NCBI GenBank assembly: GCA_963782915.1
Contig: CAWALK010000006.1
Span: forward strand, 1-13,279
Length of the DNA stretch: 13,279 nt
Direction of reading: 5' to 3'
Source of the DNA: an uncultured archaeon
Lineage (GTDB): Archaea > Thermoproteota > Bathyarchaeia > Bathyarchaeales > Bathycorpusculaceae
In this document: positions 1 to 10,835 of the stretch, in pieces
Layout of the letters: every line of letters starts with the position of its first letter
How positions within the stretch are numbered: position 1 is the stretch's first letter
The notes under the pieces: generated by a model
Databases searched by the model: none
Seen by the model: the letters and a program-made list of their open reading frames with translations, nothing else
What the model was told of the DNA's origin: nothing
Translations under genes and position numbers: made by a program

Positions 1-353
1 CGCTTAACGCAGCCATGCGACGTCGAATGGCTGTGTGGATCAACTTCGATTTCCTCAGTGTGGGTGAAAAGATTAGCCCTGACGAGGTGGAGATGCTGCG
101 TAAAAGAACCAAAGTTAGCCAAGAAATCGCTTATGGCATCATTCAAGCCGGTGCAGAGTTGCGTCGGCAGTACAAAGCCGGCGATTTACCTTATGGCCCA
201 TCGCTTGGTGACTTGATCAACTGGGCAACATTGGTTTTCGATGGTATGACACCTATGGAAGCTGCGGAAGAAACAATCATTGGGTTAACCAGCGACAACG
301 TTGAAGTACAGGCTGATGTACGGAGAATCCTTGAACCGGTCTTCCTGAAATAG
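1..353 (+). CDS. CbbQ/NirQ/NorQ (MoxR-family) AAA+ ATPase, C-terminal part (5'-truncated by window)
   Basis: The frame is open from the window edge (LNAAMRRRMAVWINFDF, a MoxR-type 'LNxAxRRR..I.FDY' Arg-finger segment). A CbbQ C-terminal-like lid follows (ELRRQYKAGDLPYGPSLGDLINWA). It lies directly upstream of a VWA gene, the usual MoxR/VWA pairing. The ATG at 15 is probably internal. Confidence 0.8.
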   Translation, partial: LNAAMRRRMAVWINFDFLSVGEKISPDEVEMLRKRTKVSQEIAYGIIQAGAELRRQYKAGDLPYGPSLGDLINWATLVFDGMTPMEAAEETIIGLTSDNVEVQADVRRILEPVFLK

Positions 354-370
354 TCGGGGAGCATTCGCCA

Positions 371-2095
371 TTGGGTTTTATTGATTATGCTTGGGCGGTT
401 TCTCTACAAAAAGATAACACGAAAGTAAAGATTCTCCAAGATGAAGCCTTAGAGCAGCCAGTGTTACTTGGGGATGAAGTAGGGTTTACTATAAAGTTGC
501 CCGCTGTTCATTTACGGAAAGATGGCACCATAAGTTTTTTGGGGTTAAAATTCGCCGGAGACAACAACGGTAAATCCAGGGTTGGCAGAGTCTTTCGTGC
601 ATCTGTAATGCACCTAACCCTGCACACAATAGCGCCTTTTACAAAGAATCGGATTGTGCCTAACCCAAAAGACGGTATACTAGACGCATACGCCAAATCC
701 TTAGTCAATGACATATACATTAACTCTTACATTCAAGCATGGTACCCAGACCGCTTCTTTGACCTAGCATACGCCAACGCGCTTGCTTACCAAAAAATTA
801 AGTCCTGTGACAGAATTTTCACTTCCTCAACCAAGTTAATGTCTGCATTACTAACTCAGCTCTATGTGGGTTCTATGAAGAATTCGCCGGGTATCGAAGA
901 AGAGAAGGTTGTCAATAAACTCCATAGTGACTTGATGGCGCTTAAGGAAACTTTCATGATGTCGATTGCCGGCGACGAAGTAAAATTCAACGATGTATTT
1001 GATGAAAAAGTGAAAATAATCAAAGATTCGCTTGAACCGTTTGGCCCATTTTTAGAGGCTCCATCTTTTAAGCATACAGAAAACATTGGACGCAACAGCA
1101 TCTACACTGACATAGAGGGAGCTGCTATGTCTGTTGAGGATTTTGAGGGGTTATTTGTGCAGTCGCTTATGGCTATGGGCGGCGATGTTCCATCCGTAGA
1201 TCATATTGAGCAGTTGTGGCGTGTAGAACAAGAGGCAGAGGCTCTGCAAGCGTTTAATGCTGATCATTACCAGAAGCAAAGAGAGACAAGAATCCTCCAA
1301 AAAATTGCACCTTACATGGGTTTAACACGTTTGAAATCGGTCGCTATCCCCGAAGAAGACTATACCCAGTATCTTCGTGCGAGGACTTTGGTGCAGGGTA
1401 CGAGCCGTCGTGTTTTGGATATTTTGCGTTCAGCCTTTAATTATTTGGATGAGGACCCACGTCAGGAGATGGGGCAACTGGATTTGCCTGCGGTTATTCA
1501 GTCTTTAGCCGCCAACAAGCCCGCGACTGACGTGTTTAATTTGGATGAGTATTTGCAGCCAAGTTATGCTTGGTCACTTATCTTCGACGTAAGCCACAGC
1601 ATGCAGGTTAAGGGAGAGTTTGGGCGCGCCTTAGCTATCGCTGTGGCTGAAGCTGCCCGTGAATTGATGACTGATCCAACGTCCTGGACGTTTTTTGCTT
1701 TCAGCGACCGATTCTACATCTTAAAAGACAGCACTGAATCGTATTCTAAGCGTGTTCGGGCTCGGATTGGCGGGTTAAAGTTTGAAGGCTTAACCTATAT
1801 TCCTGATGCTATCACGATTGGCGGTAAGATGCTTGCGAAACGTTTTGAGGAACAGCGTATCTTGGTTGTGATTTCGGATGGGTGGCCGTATGGTTACGCC
1901 AACATGCCCATTGCGTTGAAGGAATGTGTGGATGATTTGGTCCGCAAAAACGTTATTGTCATCGGTATTGGTGTGGAAACTGATAGGATGAGCAACTTTT
2001 TCCATTTGCACTCGTCTATCTATACGCCTAAAGACCTTGTTAAGAAATTCGCGAGTGTTTATGCGCATGCTTCTGAGAAGGCGCTTGAATCATAG
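371..2095 (+). CDS. VWA-domain protein, NorD/CbbO-like partner of the MoxR ATPase
   Basis: 574 aa, TTG start with GGGGAG at 356-361. C-terminal VWA with intact MIDAS (DVSHS ... GLT ... VISDGWP), 'GQLDLPAVIQ' pre-VWA segment and 'VIGIGV' strand. Confidence 0.85.
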   Translation: MGFIDYAWAVSLQKDNTKVKILQDEALEQPVLLGDEVGFTIKLPAVHLRKDGTISFLGLKFAGDNNGKSRVGRVFRASVMHLTLHTIAPFTKNRIVPNPKDGILDAYAKSLVNDIYINSYIQAWYPDRFFDLAYANALAYQKIKSCDRIFTSSTKLMSALLTQLYVGSMKNSPGIEEEKVVNKLHSDLMALKETFMMSIAGDEVKFNDVFDEKVKIIKDSLEPFGPFLEAPSFKHTENIGRNSIYTDIEGAAMSVEDFEGLFVQSLMAMGGDVPSVDHIEQLWRVEQEAEALQAFNADHYQKQRETRILQKIAPYMGLTRLKSVAIPEEDYTQYLRARTLVQGTSRRVLDILRSAFNYLDEDPRQEMGQLDLPAVIQSLAANKPATDVFNLDEYLQPSYAWSLIFDVSHSMQVKGEFGRALAIAVAEAARELMTDPTSWTFFAFSDRFYILKDSTESYSKRVRARIGGLKFEGLTYIPDAITIGGKMLAKRFEEQRILVVISDGWPYGYANMPIALKECVDDLVRKNVIVIGIGVETDRMSNFFHLHSSIYTPKDLVKKFASVYAHASEKALES

Positions 2096-2362
2096 GATAG
2101 GGTTAGCTGCTCTGCCGAGGACCCCCCTCCCCTATATATAGAAAGACAAACGGCTAAACCCTTGTTGAGCTAGTGTACATTCATTGAGTATGCGTTGGGT
2201 TAATGCAATGTTGTTGTAATTAGCCCACGCTAACTGGGCGTTTGCCGTTGTATTGCCTGCAATTCTATGCGCAAGCAACCTAAAGTTATTGCTCTCTTCA
2301 CTTTATCCCCGTTCTCTCTTGACGACTGGACCGTTATTAAATTAACTGAAAAATCTGTTTTC

Positions 2363-2376
2363 CGAAACCTTAAATT
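2363..2376 (+). promoter_or_regulatory. Putative archaeal BRE + TATA promoter for the mini-protein/OFOR operon
   Basis: CGAAAC-CTTAAATT is a purine-rich BRE followed by a TTAAAT box, about 40 nt upstream of the ATG at 2416. Confidence 0.5.
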
Positions 2377-2415
2377 CCCCATAACGACAGAAGTATTTGT
2401 GCAGAGGCGAAGAGG

Positions 2416-2553
2416 ATGACTGAAAAAAATCAGCCTCGATGCATCAACTGCGGAAACTTTATCGACGACTGTAATTGTGTATGCCCATACTGCGGAGAGT
2501 CCGCAAAGTGCACATGCGTAATAGGCCACGATAAAGCAACTGGCGGTGGATAG
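2416..2553 (+). CDS. Unannotated 45-aa cysteine-rich small protein (8 Cys, C-terminal ATGGG)
   Basis: Manual translation gives MTEKNQPRCINCGNFIDDCNCVCPYCGESAKCTCVIGHDKATGGG*. It has two CxxCG knuckles plus CxC motifs, a purine-rich GAGG leader and an upstream TATA box, and ends 32 nt before the OFOR alpha start. It is too short to appear in the ORF track. Confidence 0.8.
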   Translation: MTEKNQPRCINCGNFIDDCNCVCPYCGESAKCTCVIGHDKATGGG

Positions 2554-2585
2554 CCAAAACTTCAATTTTAAAGTGAGAAATCAAA

Positions 2586-5472
<2,887 letters not shown>

Positions 5473-5565
5473 GTTAGAAGAAATTGGTGAGGAGCTTCTC
5501 CTTTCCCCTCAACCTCTTATGCGCTTTGTGAGCTTATATATCCCTATTTCTGAGTTCGATATATG

Positions 5566-5937
5566 TCAGGGTTGGTCTGGCTCTAAATCAACGTAGCAGT
5601 CTTGGGTGAATCTGGGTGTGCAGACGCAGTAGAAGACTAAGTCGGTGTCGCCTGTGTTTTTTACTTTCTGTGAGGTCTCTGGTGGGATAACTACTACGTC
5701 GCCCACTGTTACTTCGGTTGGTTCAGTGTCGCCGATGTAGACGGTGCCTTTGCCGCTTGTTATGATATAAATCTCCTGAACCCCATGGATTAGGTGGTGT
5801 GCTTTGGTGGTTACGGCGGGTTTTATGGTTGCTCGCGCGATTGAGACTGCTGGGTCGCTGTGGTTTTCAGCTATATAGCAGTGTTCGGGGGTTAGGTATT
5901 GGTGGGGGGTTTGGGCTTTGATGATTTTGGGCTGCAT
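5566..5937 (-). CDS. Cupin-domain protein (cupin_2-like)
   Basis: 123 aa with cupin motif 1 (AHHLIHGVQEIYIITSGKG) and motif 2 (VGDVVVIPPETSQKVKNTG). Confidence 0.85.
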   Translation of the reverse strand: MQPKIIKAQTPHQYLTPEHCYIAENHSDPAVSIARATIKPAVTTKAHHLIHGVQEIYIITSGKGTVYIGDTEPTEVTVGDVVVIPPETSQKVKNTGDTDLVFYCVCTPRFTQDCYVDLEPDQP

Positions 5938-6174
5938 TATCCATCACTTTTCTCCAATTTTTCAGAGGCAGATGCCCTGTTTGGGGCTTGTTTATTGATG
6001 AATACCCGTTTTTTGTTATATTGCTTGCGTAAGCCTTAACCAAAGTGGATATTTGGGCAGATAGGGGTTTTTTTGTGATTTGGGCGTTTTTTTGGGTTTT
6101 TTGTTGTCGTGTTTTTTGTGTATTTTTTATGGAGTTAGCATTCAGGTTTTGAGTGGGTTTACGTCTAATATGTA

Positions 6175-6190
6175 AAAAGTCCTTATATAG
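6175..6190 (+). promoter_or_regulatory. Putative BRE + TATA promoter of nrdRDG
   Basis: AAAAGTCC-TTATATAG (TATA at 6183-6190), about 70 nt upstream of the nrdR ATG. Confidence 0.55.
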
Positions 6191-6206
6191 GCGCTAACTG
6201 TAGTGT
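6191..6206 (+). promoter_or_regulatory. Candidate NrdR box
   Basis: GCGCTAACTGTAGTGT matches 11/16 positions of the bacterial NrdR-box consensus acaCwAtATaTwGtgt with the correct 4-nt arm spacing. It sits immediately 3' of the TATA box. Confidence 0.4.
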
Positions 6207-6262
6207 ATTCGATAAGCTTGTCGGCACTACGGATAAAAGAACGGCATGAGTATGTATAACCT

Positions 6263-6712
6263 ATGAGATGCCCCTACTGCAACTCAGAAAATTCAAAAAC
6301 ACTCGAAACACGCGAGTCCCCAGAAAACACCACACGCAGACGCAAAGAATGCATAACCTGCAACAAAAGGTACACAACCTACGAGTACCTCGAAACCGTC
6401 GAACTCATGGTACGCAAAAAAGACGGCCAACTCCAACGCTTCGACGTCAACAAAATCATCCGCGGCTTACAAAAAGCCTGCGAAAAACGCCCCGTAACCA
6501 TGGCTCAAATCAACGAGTTAGCAGACCAAGTACGTCAAGACCTAATGCTCAAAGGCACCGAAGAAGTCGCATCCGTAGACATCGGCGATTTAATCATGAC
6601 TCACCTCAAAAAAGTCGACCGAGTCGCCTACATTCGATTCGCTTCGGTTTACAAAAAGTTTGAAGAACCTGAAGATTTCAGGCGAGTCCTATCGGAAGTG
6701 AAGAAACAATGA
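6263..6712 (+). CDS. nrdR: Transcriptional repressor NrdR
   Basis: Zn ribbon (CPYC...RRRKECITC, RYTTYE), ATP-cone (VRKKDG...FD..KI..GL.KACEKRPV) and C-terminal VAYIRFASVY. Confidence 0.96.
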   Translation: MRCPYCNSENSKTLETRESPENTTRRRKECITCNKRYTTYEYLETVELMVRKKDGQLQRFDVNKIIRGLQKACEKRPVTMAQINELADQVRQDLMLKGTEEVASVDIGDLIMTHLKKVDRVAYIRFASVYKKFEEPEDFRRVLSEVKKQ

Positions 6713-8835
6713 AGTTTGTCCTAAAACGTGATAGTAAATTAGAACCATTCGATCAAGAACGCATAACAATAGCTATTTACAAAGCTGCAAAAGCAGTGGG
6801 TGGCAGAGATAAAGAACAGGCTAAACAAGTTAGCGACAAAGTTGTTGCTGACTTAAACAAACTCTATGGCGACGACGGCGTACCCACAGTCGAAGAAATA
6901 CAGGACTTAGTGGAAAAACGCTTAATCGAAGACGGCCACGCCTCCACAGCTAAAGCCTACATCCTGTACCGCAAGCAGCACACTGACATGCGCGAACTCG
7001 CCGCATTACTAAGCTCATCTGACATGGTTGATCAGTACCTTGAAGTCGAGGACTGGCGAGTAAAAGAAAACAGCAACATGAGCTACAGCCTACAGGGCTT
7101 AAACAATTACCTCTCATCAACAGTCATCGCCAAATACTGGATAGCCCGCATCTACCCAGAAAACATCGCAGCCGCACACTTCTCAGGCGACCTACACATC
7201 CACGACCTAGGCGTCTTGGGTCCATACTGTGTGGGCTGGGATGTCAGCGACCTACTCCTCTCAGGCTTCGGCGGAGTCCATGGCAAAATAGAGAGCAAAC
7301 CCGCCAAACACTTCCGCACAGCCCTTGGCCAAGTAGTCAACTTCTTCTACACTCTCCAAGGCGAAGCAGCAGGAGCACAGGCGTTTAGCAACTTTGACAC
7401 TTACTTAGCACCTTTCATACGCTACGACCACTTAACACAAAAAGACGTGGAACAAGCACTGCAAGAATTCTTCTTCAACATGAACGTGCCCACCCGCGTC
7501 GGCTTCCAAACACCCTTCACCAACTTAACATTAGACTTGACTGTGCCTGACTTCATGAAAAACGAAGCCATCATCCACAACGGCAAAGTCATGCAAGACA
7601 CCTACGGCGACATGACCAAAGAAATGGAAATGTTCAACATCGCATTCGCCGAAGGCATGAAACAGGGCGACGCAAAAGGCCGAGTCTTCACCTTCCCAAT
7701 CCCAACCTATAACATCACCAAAGACTTCGACTGGGACTCACCCGTTTCGCAAGCCATCTTTGAAGTCACAGCCAAATACGGTGTACCAAACTTTAGCAAC
7801 TTCGTAAACAGCGACCTCAAACCCGAAGACGTACGCAGCATGTGCTGCCGCCTGCGCATTGACAACCGCGAACTGCGCAAACGAGGAGGAGGATTCTTCG
7901 GCGCAAACCCACTCACAGGAAGCATCGGAGTCGTCACCCTAAACATCCCCAGAATCGGATACCTATCCAAAGACGAGGATGAATTCTTCGAGAAACTAGG
8001 CGGCTTAATGGATATTGCCAAAAACAGCTTAGAAATCAAACGCAAAGTCCTCGAAGGCTTCACAGACAACGGCTTATACCCATACAGCAAACGCTACCTA
8101 CGCCACGTAAAAGAAGGGTTCGATAAGTACTGGAAGAACCATTTCTCAACAATCGGCATAATCGGCATCAACGAAGCAGTCCTCAACTTGCTGGGCCAAA
8201 ACATCGCCTCCAAAGATGGACAAGCCTTCGCAGTTAAAACACTCAGCTATATGCGTAAACGGATATCGGATTACCAAGAAGAAACAGGCAACATATACAA
8301 CTTGGAAGCTACACCCGCAGAAGGCACCTCTTACCGATTAGCCCGCTTAGACAGAAAACGCTACCGCGACATCATATTCGCCAACCAAAAACACATCGTA
8401 GAAGAACACGCTGAACCATTCTACACCAACTCATCCCAGTTGCCAGTAGATTTCTCAGGTGACCTCTTCGAAGCACTCGAACACCAAGAATCACTCCAAA
8501 CACTCTACACAGGCGGCACAAACTTCCACATATTCCTGGGCGAACGCTTACCATCATGGAAATCCGCTGCTGAACTCGTCAAAAAAGTCAGCTGGAACTC
8601 AAAACTACCCTACTTCACATTGACCCCAACCTTTAGCATCTGCCCAACACACGGCTACATGAACGGCCAACACAAAACCTGCCCAACCTGCGGCATACGC
8701 AGCGAAGTCTACAGCCGCGTTGTGGGTTACCTGCGTCCAGTTGACCAATGGAACGACGGCAAACAAGCAGAATTCGACATACGCAAAACCTTCGACCGCT
8801 CAACAGTAACGCAATCCGCACCCCTAACGGTTTAA
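6709..8835 (+). CDS. nrdD: Class III anaerobic ribonucleoside-triphosphate reductase with N-terminal ATP-cone
   Basis: ATP-cone (VLKRD..LEPFD..RI...VEEIQDLVE), HIHDL, PYC, SMCCRL finger loop, EATPAEG, YTNS, YTGG, C-terminal CPTH/CPTC Zn site and the glycyl-radical motif YSRVVGYLRP. ATGA overlap with nrdR. Confidence 0.97.
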   Translation: MKFVLKRDSKLEPFDQERITIAIYKAAKAVGGRDKEQAKQVSDKVVADLNKLYGDDGVPTVEEIQDLVEKRLIEDGHASTAKAYILYRKQHTDMRELAALLSSSDMVDQYLEVEDWRVKENSNMSYSLQGLNNYLSSTVIAKYWIARIYPENIAAAHFSGDLHIHDLGVLGPYCVGWDVSDLLLSGFGGVHGKIESKPAKHFRTALGQVVNFFYTLQGEAAGAQAFSNFDTYLAPFIRYDHLTQKDVEQALQEFFFNMNVPTRVGFQTPFTNLTLDLTVPDFMKNEAIIHNGKVMQDTYGDMTKEMEMFNIAFAEGMKQGDAKGRVFTFPIPTYNITKDFDWDSPVSQAIFEVTAKYGVPNFSNFVNSDLKPEDVRSMCCRLRIDNRELRKRGGGFFGANPLTGSIGVVTLNIPRIGYLSKDEDEFFEKLGGLMDIAKNSLEIKRKVLEGFTDNGLYPYSKRYLRHVKEGFDKYWKNHFSTIGIIGINEAVLNLLGQNIASKDGQAFAVKTLSYMRKRISDYQEETGNIYNLEATPAEGTSYRLARLDRKRYRDIIFANQKHIVEEHAEPFYTNSSQLPVDFSGDLFEALEHQESLQTLYTGGTNFHIFLGERLPSWKSAAELVKKVSWNSKLPYFTLTPTFSICPTHGYMNGQHKTCPTCGIRSEVYSRVVGYLRPVDQWNDGKQAEFDIRKTFDRSTVTQSAPLTV

Positions 8836-8847
8836 GGTGAAACTTGA

Positions 8848-9525
8848 TTGAAGTTTAGCGGATTACAAAAAATCAGTCTACAGGATTACCCAGACCATAT
8901 AGCCTCGATACTGTTCACGCCAGGCTGCAACCTACGCTGCCCCTACTGCCACAACTACAAAATCGCCGTTGACCCTCAACCGCCGTTTCTGCAGGAAGGC
9001 GCTGCTCTGCAAATACTTGAGAGCCGCAAGAAATACGTGGATTCAGTAGTCATTACTGGTGGGGAACCCTGTATGCATAAGGAACTGCCAAAGTTTTTGG
9101 CTAAACTCAAAGAACGGGGATTCTTCGTTAAACTGGATACAAACGGCTGCTTCCCAGACACACTCCAAGAATGCCTTCCCTACGTTGACTATGTAGCCAT
9201 GGACATTAAAACCAGCCCAGAAAAATACAAGCTTCTAGGCGCACCTGACACCACCGCACTAAAGCGCTCTATCGAAATCCTAAAAACGGGCAAAGTACCC
9301 TACGAATTCCGAACCACTGTTGTCCCAGAAATCGTCAATGCAGAAGACATCCCAGCCATCGGCGAACTAGTTAGGGGCGCCAAAGTCTATGCGCTTCAAC
9401 AGTTCGTTGCAGAGGACACATTGGATAAGCGATTCAAGTCGCTCAAGCCCTATGCGCCTGAAGTGATTCAGGGATTCGCTGAAACTCTCAAAGGGTACGT
9501 TGAGAATGTCATACTTAGGGTATAA
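8848..9525 (+). CDS. nrdG: Anaerobic RNR activating enzyme (radical SAM)
   Basis: GCNLRCPYCHN (CxxxCxxC), ITGGEP, KLDTNG, AMDIK and YEFRTT. TTG start with AAGGTGA upstream, directly after nrdD. Confidence 0.95.
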   Translation: MKFSGLQKISLQDYPDHIASILFTPGCNLRCPYCHNYKIAVDPQPPFLQEGAALQILESRKKYVDSVVITGGEPCMHKELPKFLAKLKERGFFVKLDTNGCFPDTLQECLPYVDYVAMDIKTSPEKYKLLGAPDTTALKRSIEILKTGKVPYEFRTTVVPEIVNAEDIPAIGELVRGAKVYALQQFVAEDTLDKRFKSLKPYAPEVIQGFAETLKGYVENVILRV

Positions 9526-9534
9526 TTCCACATA

Positions 9535-9544
9535 TTTTTCTTTT
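9535..9544 (+). terminator. Possible archaeal T-tract terminator after nrdG
   Basis: TTTTTCTTTT begins 10 nt after the nrdG stop, between convergent genes. Confidence 0.3.
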
Positions 9545-9627
9545 AAAAACCCAGCCCAGTCAATGGGAAAACATATTTTTAGTTAATTAAAGCCAGCCTT
9601 CTGACGAAGCTTCAGAATAGGCGCTTG

Positions 9628-10809
9628 CTAGCTGGATACTTTCTTGAAAGCCAAAACCAATGGCACCGTAGCCAAACCAATCAATGCGGAAATCAAAAAC
9701 GCTAACCCAAAAAACCCCACGGAAGCCCCAAAAGAAAACGCACTTGCAGCTAACACTGGCGCAATACTCTGCGCTGCCCCCGCAATCGCCCAAGCAACCC
9801 CCAACGTGCCACCCTGCGCTGCCTCAGACGCATTAATCGAAATCAGTGTGTTGTAAGTTACGAATTGGATTCCGAAACCAAACGAAGACAAAGCAGCAAC
9901 CGCCAACAGAACCGCAAAGCTTGATACCACAGACAAAATCGAAAGCCCAGCTACAAAAAAGATGATGCCTAAAATAACCAGCGAGGTTCTGTCTAATTTT
10001 TTACTCAACAGAGGCAGTAGAACCGCTTGGGTGAAAACGCTGACAGCGCCTATAAAAAAGAAAACCAAACCCGTTTCCAATGAGCCGAATCCGAAGACTG
10101 TTTGCAGCCAAGGTGACAGCGCAGATTGCAAAAAAACGAACGCGACAAAAAACAGGAAATAGGTTGCCAATAGCAGAACCATCTTGCGCTTTCTAATCGT
10201 CGCCAAAAGTGCCCTAAAAGAGAGCACTGTTCTCTTTGTGTTGAAGGCGGCTGGTTCAGGTAGCAAAAAATATGCTGACACCAAGTTAGTGAACGCCAAC
10301 GCTGACGCTAGGAAAGATGGCACCCCATACCCAAAATAGGTGCTTAGCGTTCCGCCGATTGCAGGTCCAAAAATAAACGCCAACCCCGCCGCTGCACCTA
10401 AAAGCCCCAGGTACTTTAGCCGCTGCTCTTTAGTGGTAACGTCTGCAACATAAGCCTGTGCAACTGGAACCGTGGCAGCGGTGGTTCCCGAGAGCATCCT
10501 GCCCAAAAAAAGCACCCACAGCATCTGCGCAGTGCCAAAGAGGAAGTAAGCTAAGCTGGCGACTGCAAGGGCGGCAAGCAAAATTTTTCTTCTGCCATAT
10601 CGGTCGCTGAGCCGAGCTACAATCGGCGTAAAAATAAACGACATCAAACTGTATGCAGCCAACAGAATCCCGTACAGCAACGCGTCGCCGCCTAGCGATT
10701 GTACATAGAAATAGAGGTAGGGTACGACTATGGCGAAGCCTAGGTTGTCTAGGAAAACGACGGAGAATAATACGCTAAAAGTGGCTTTGCCTGGTTTGTT
10801 GTATGCCAA
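9628..10809 (-). CDS. MFS transporter, DHA1/TetA-like efflux family
   Basis: 393 aa, about 12 hydrophobic segments, motif A (RLSDRYGRRKIL), 'LFLGRMLSG', 'AYVADVT' and antiporter motif C (GLAFIFGPAIGG). Confidence 0.92.
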   Translation of the reverse strand: MAYNKPGKATFSVLFSVVFLDNLGFAIVVPYLYFYVQSLGGDALLYGILLAAYSLMSFIFTPIVARLSDRYGRRKILLAALAVASLAYFLFGTAQMLWVLFLGRMLSGTTAATVPVAQAYVADVTTKEQRLKYLGLLGAAAGLAFIFGPAIGGTLSTYFGYGVPSFLASALAFTNLVSAYFLLPEPAAFNTKRTVLSFRALLATIRKRKMVLLLATYFLFFVAFVFLQSALSPWLQTVFGFGSLETGLVFFFIGAVSVFTQAVLLPLLSKKLDRTSLVILGIIFFVAGLSILSVVSSFAVLLAVAALSSFGFGIQFVTYNTLISINASEAAQGGTLGVAWAIAGAAQSIAPVLAASAFSFGASVGFFGLAFLISALIGLATVPLVLAFKKVSS

Positions 10810-10813
10810 AAAC

Positions 10814-10835
10814 TTGCACTAAGGGTTTAGTGTAA
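10814..10835. promoter_or_regulatory. Inverted repeat, candidate operator for the MFS gene
   Basis: TTGCACTAA-GGGT-TTAGTGTAA has 9-bp arms with one mismatch and lies about 5 nt upstream of the MFS start codon. Confidence 0.4.

Noticed and set aside
6268-6663. 131-aa Arg/His-rich alternative-frame ORF within nrdR
   Set aside because: It is a shadow of the A/C-rich codon usage of nrdR. The same applies to the other short nested and antisense ORFs inside the VWA gene, korAB, nrdDG, the MFS gene and the kinase.
6709-8835. Intein or intron in nrdD
   Set aside because: The 708-aa length and continuous motifs leave no room for an insertion, and no splicing motifs were seen.
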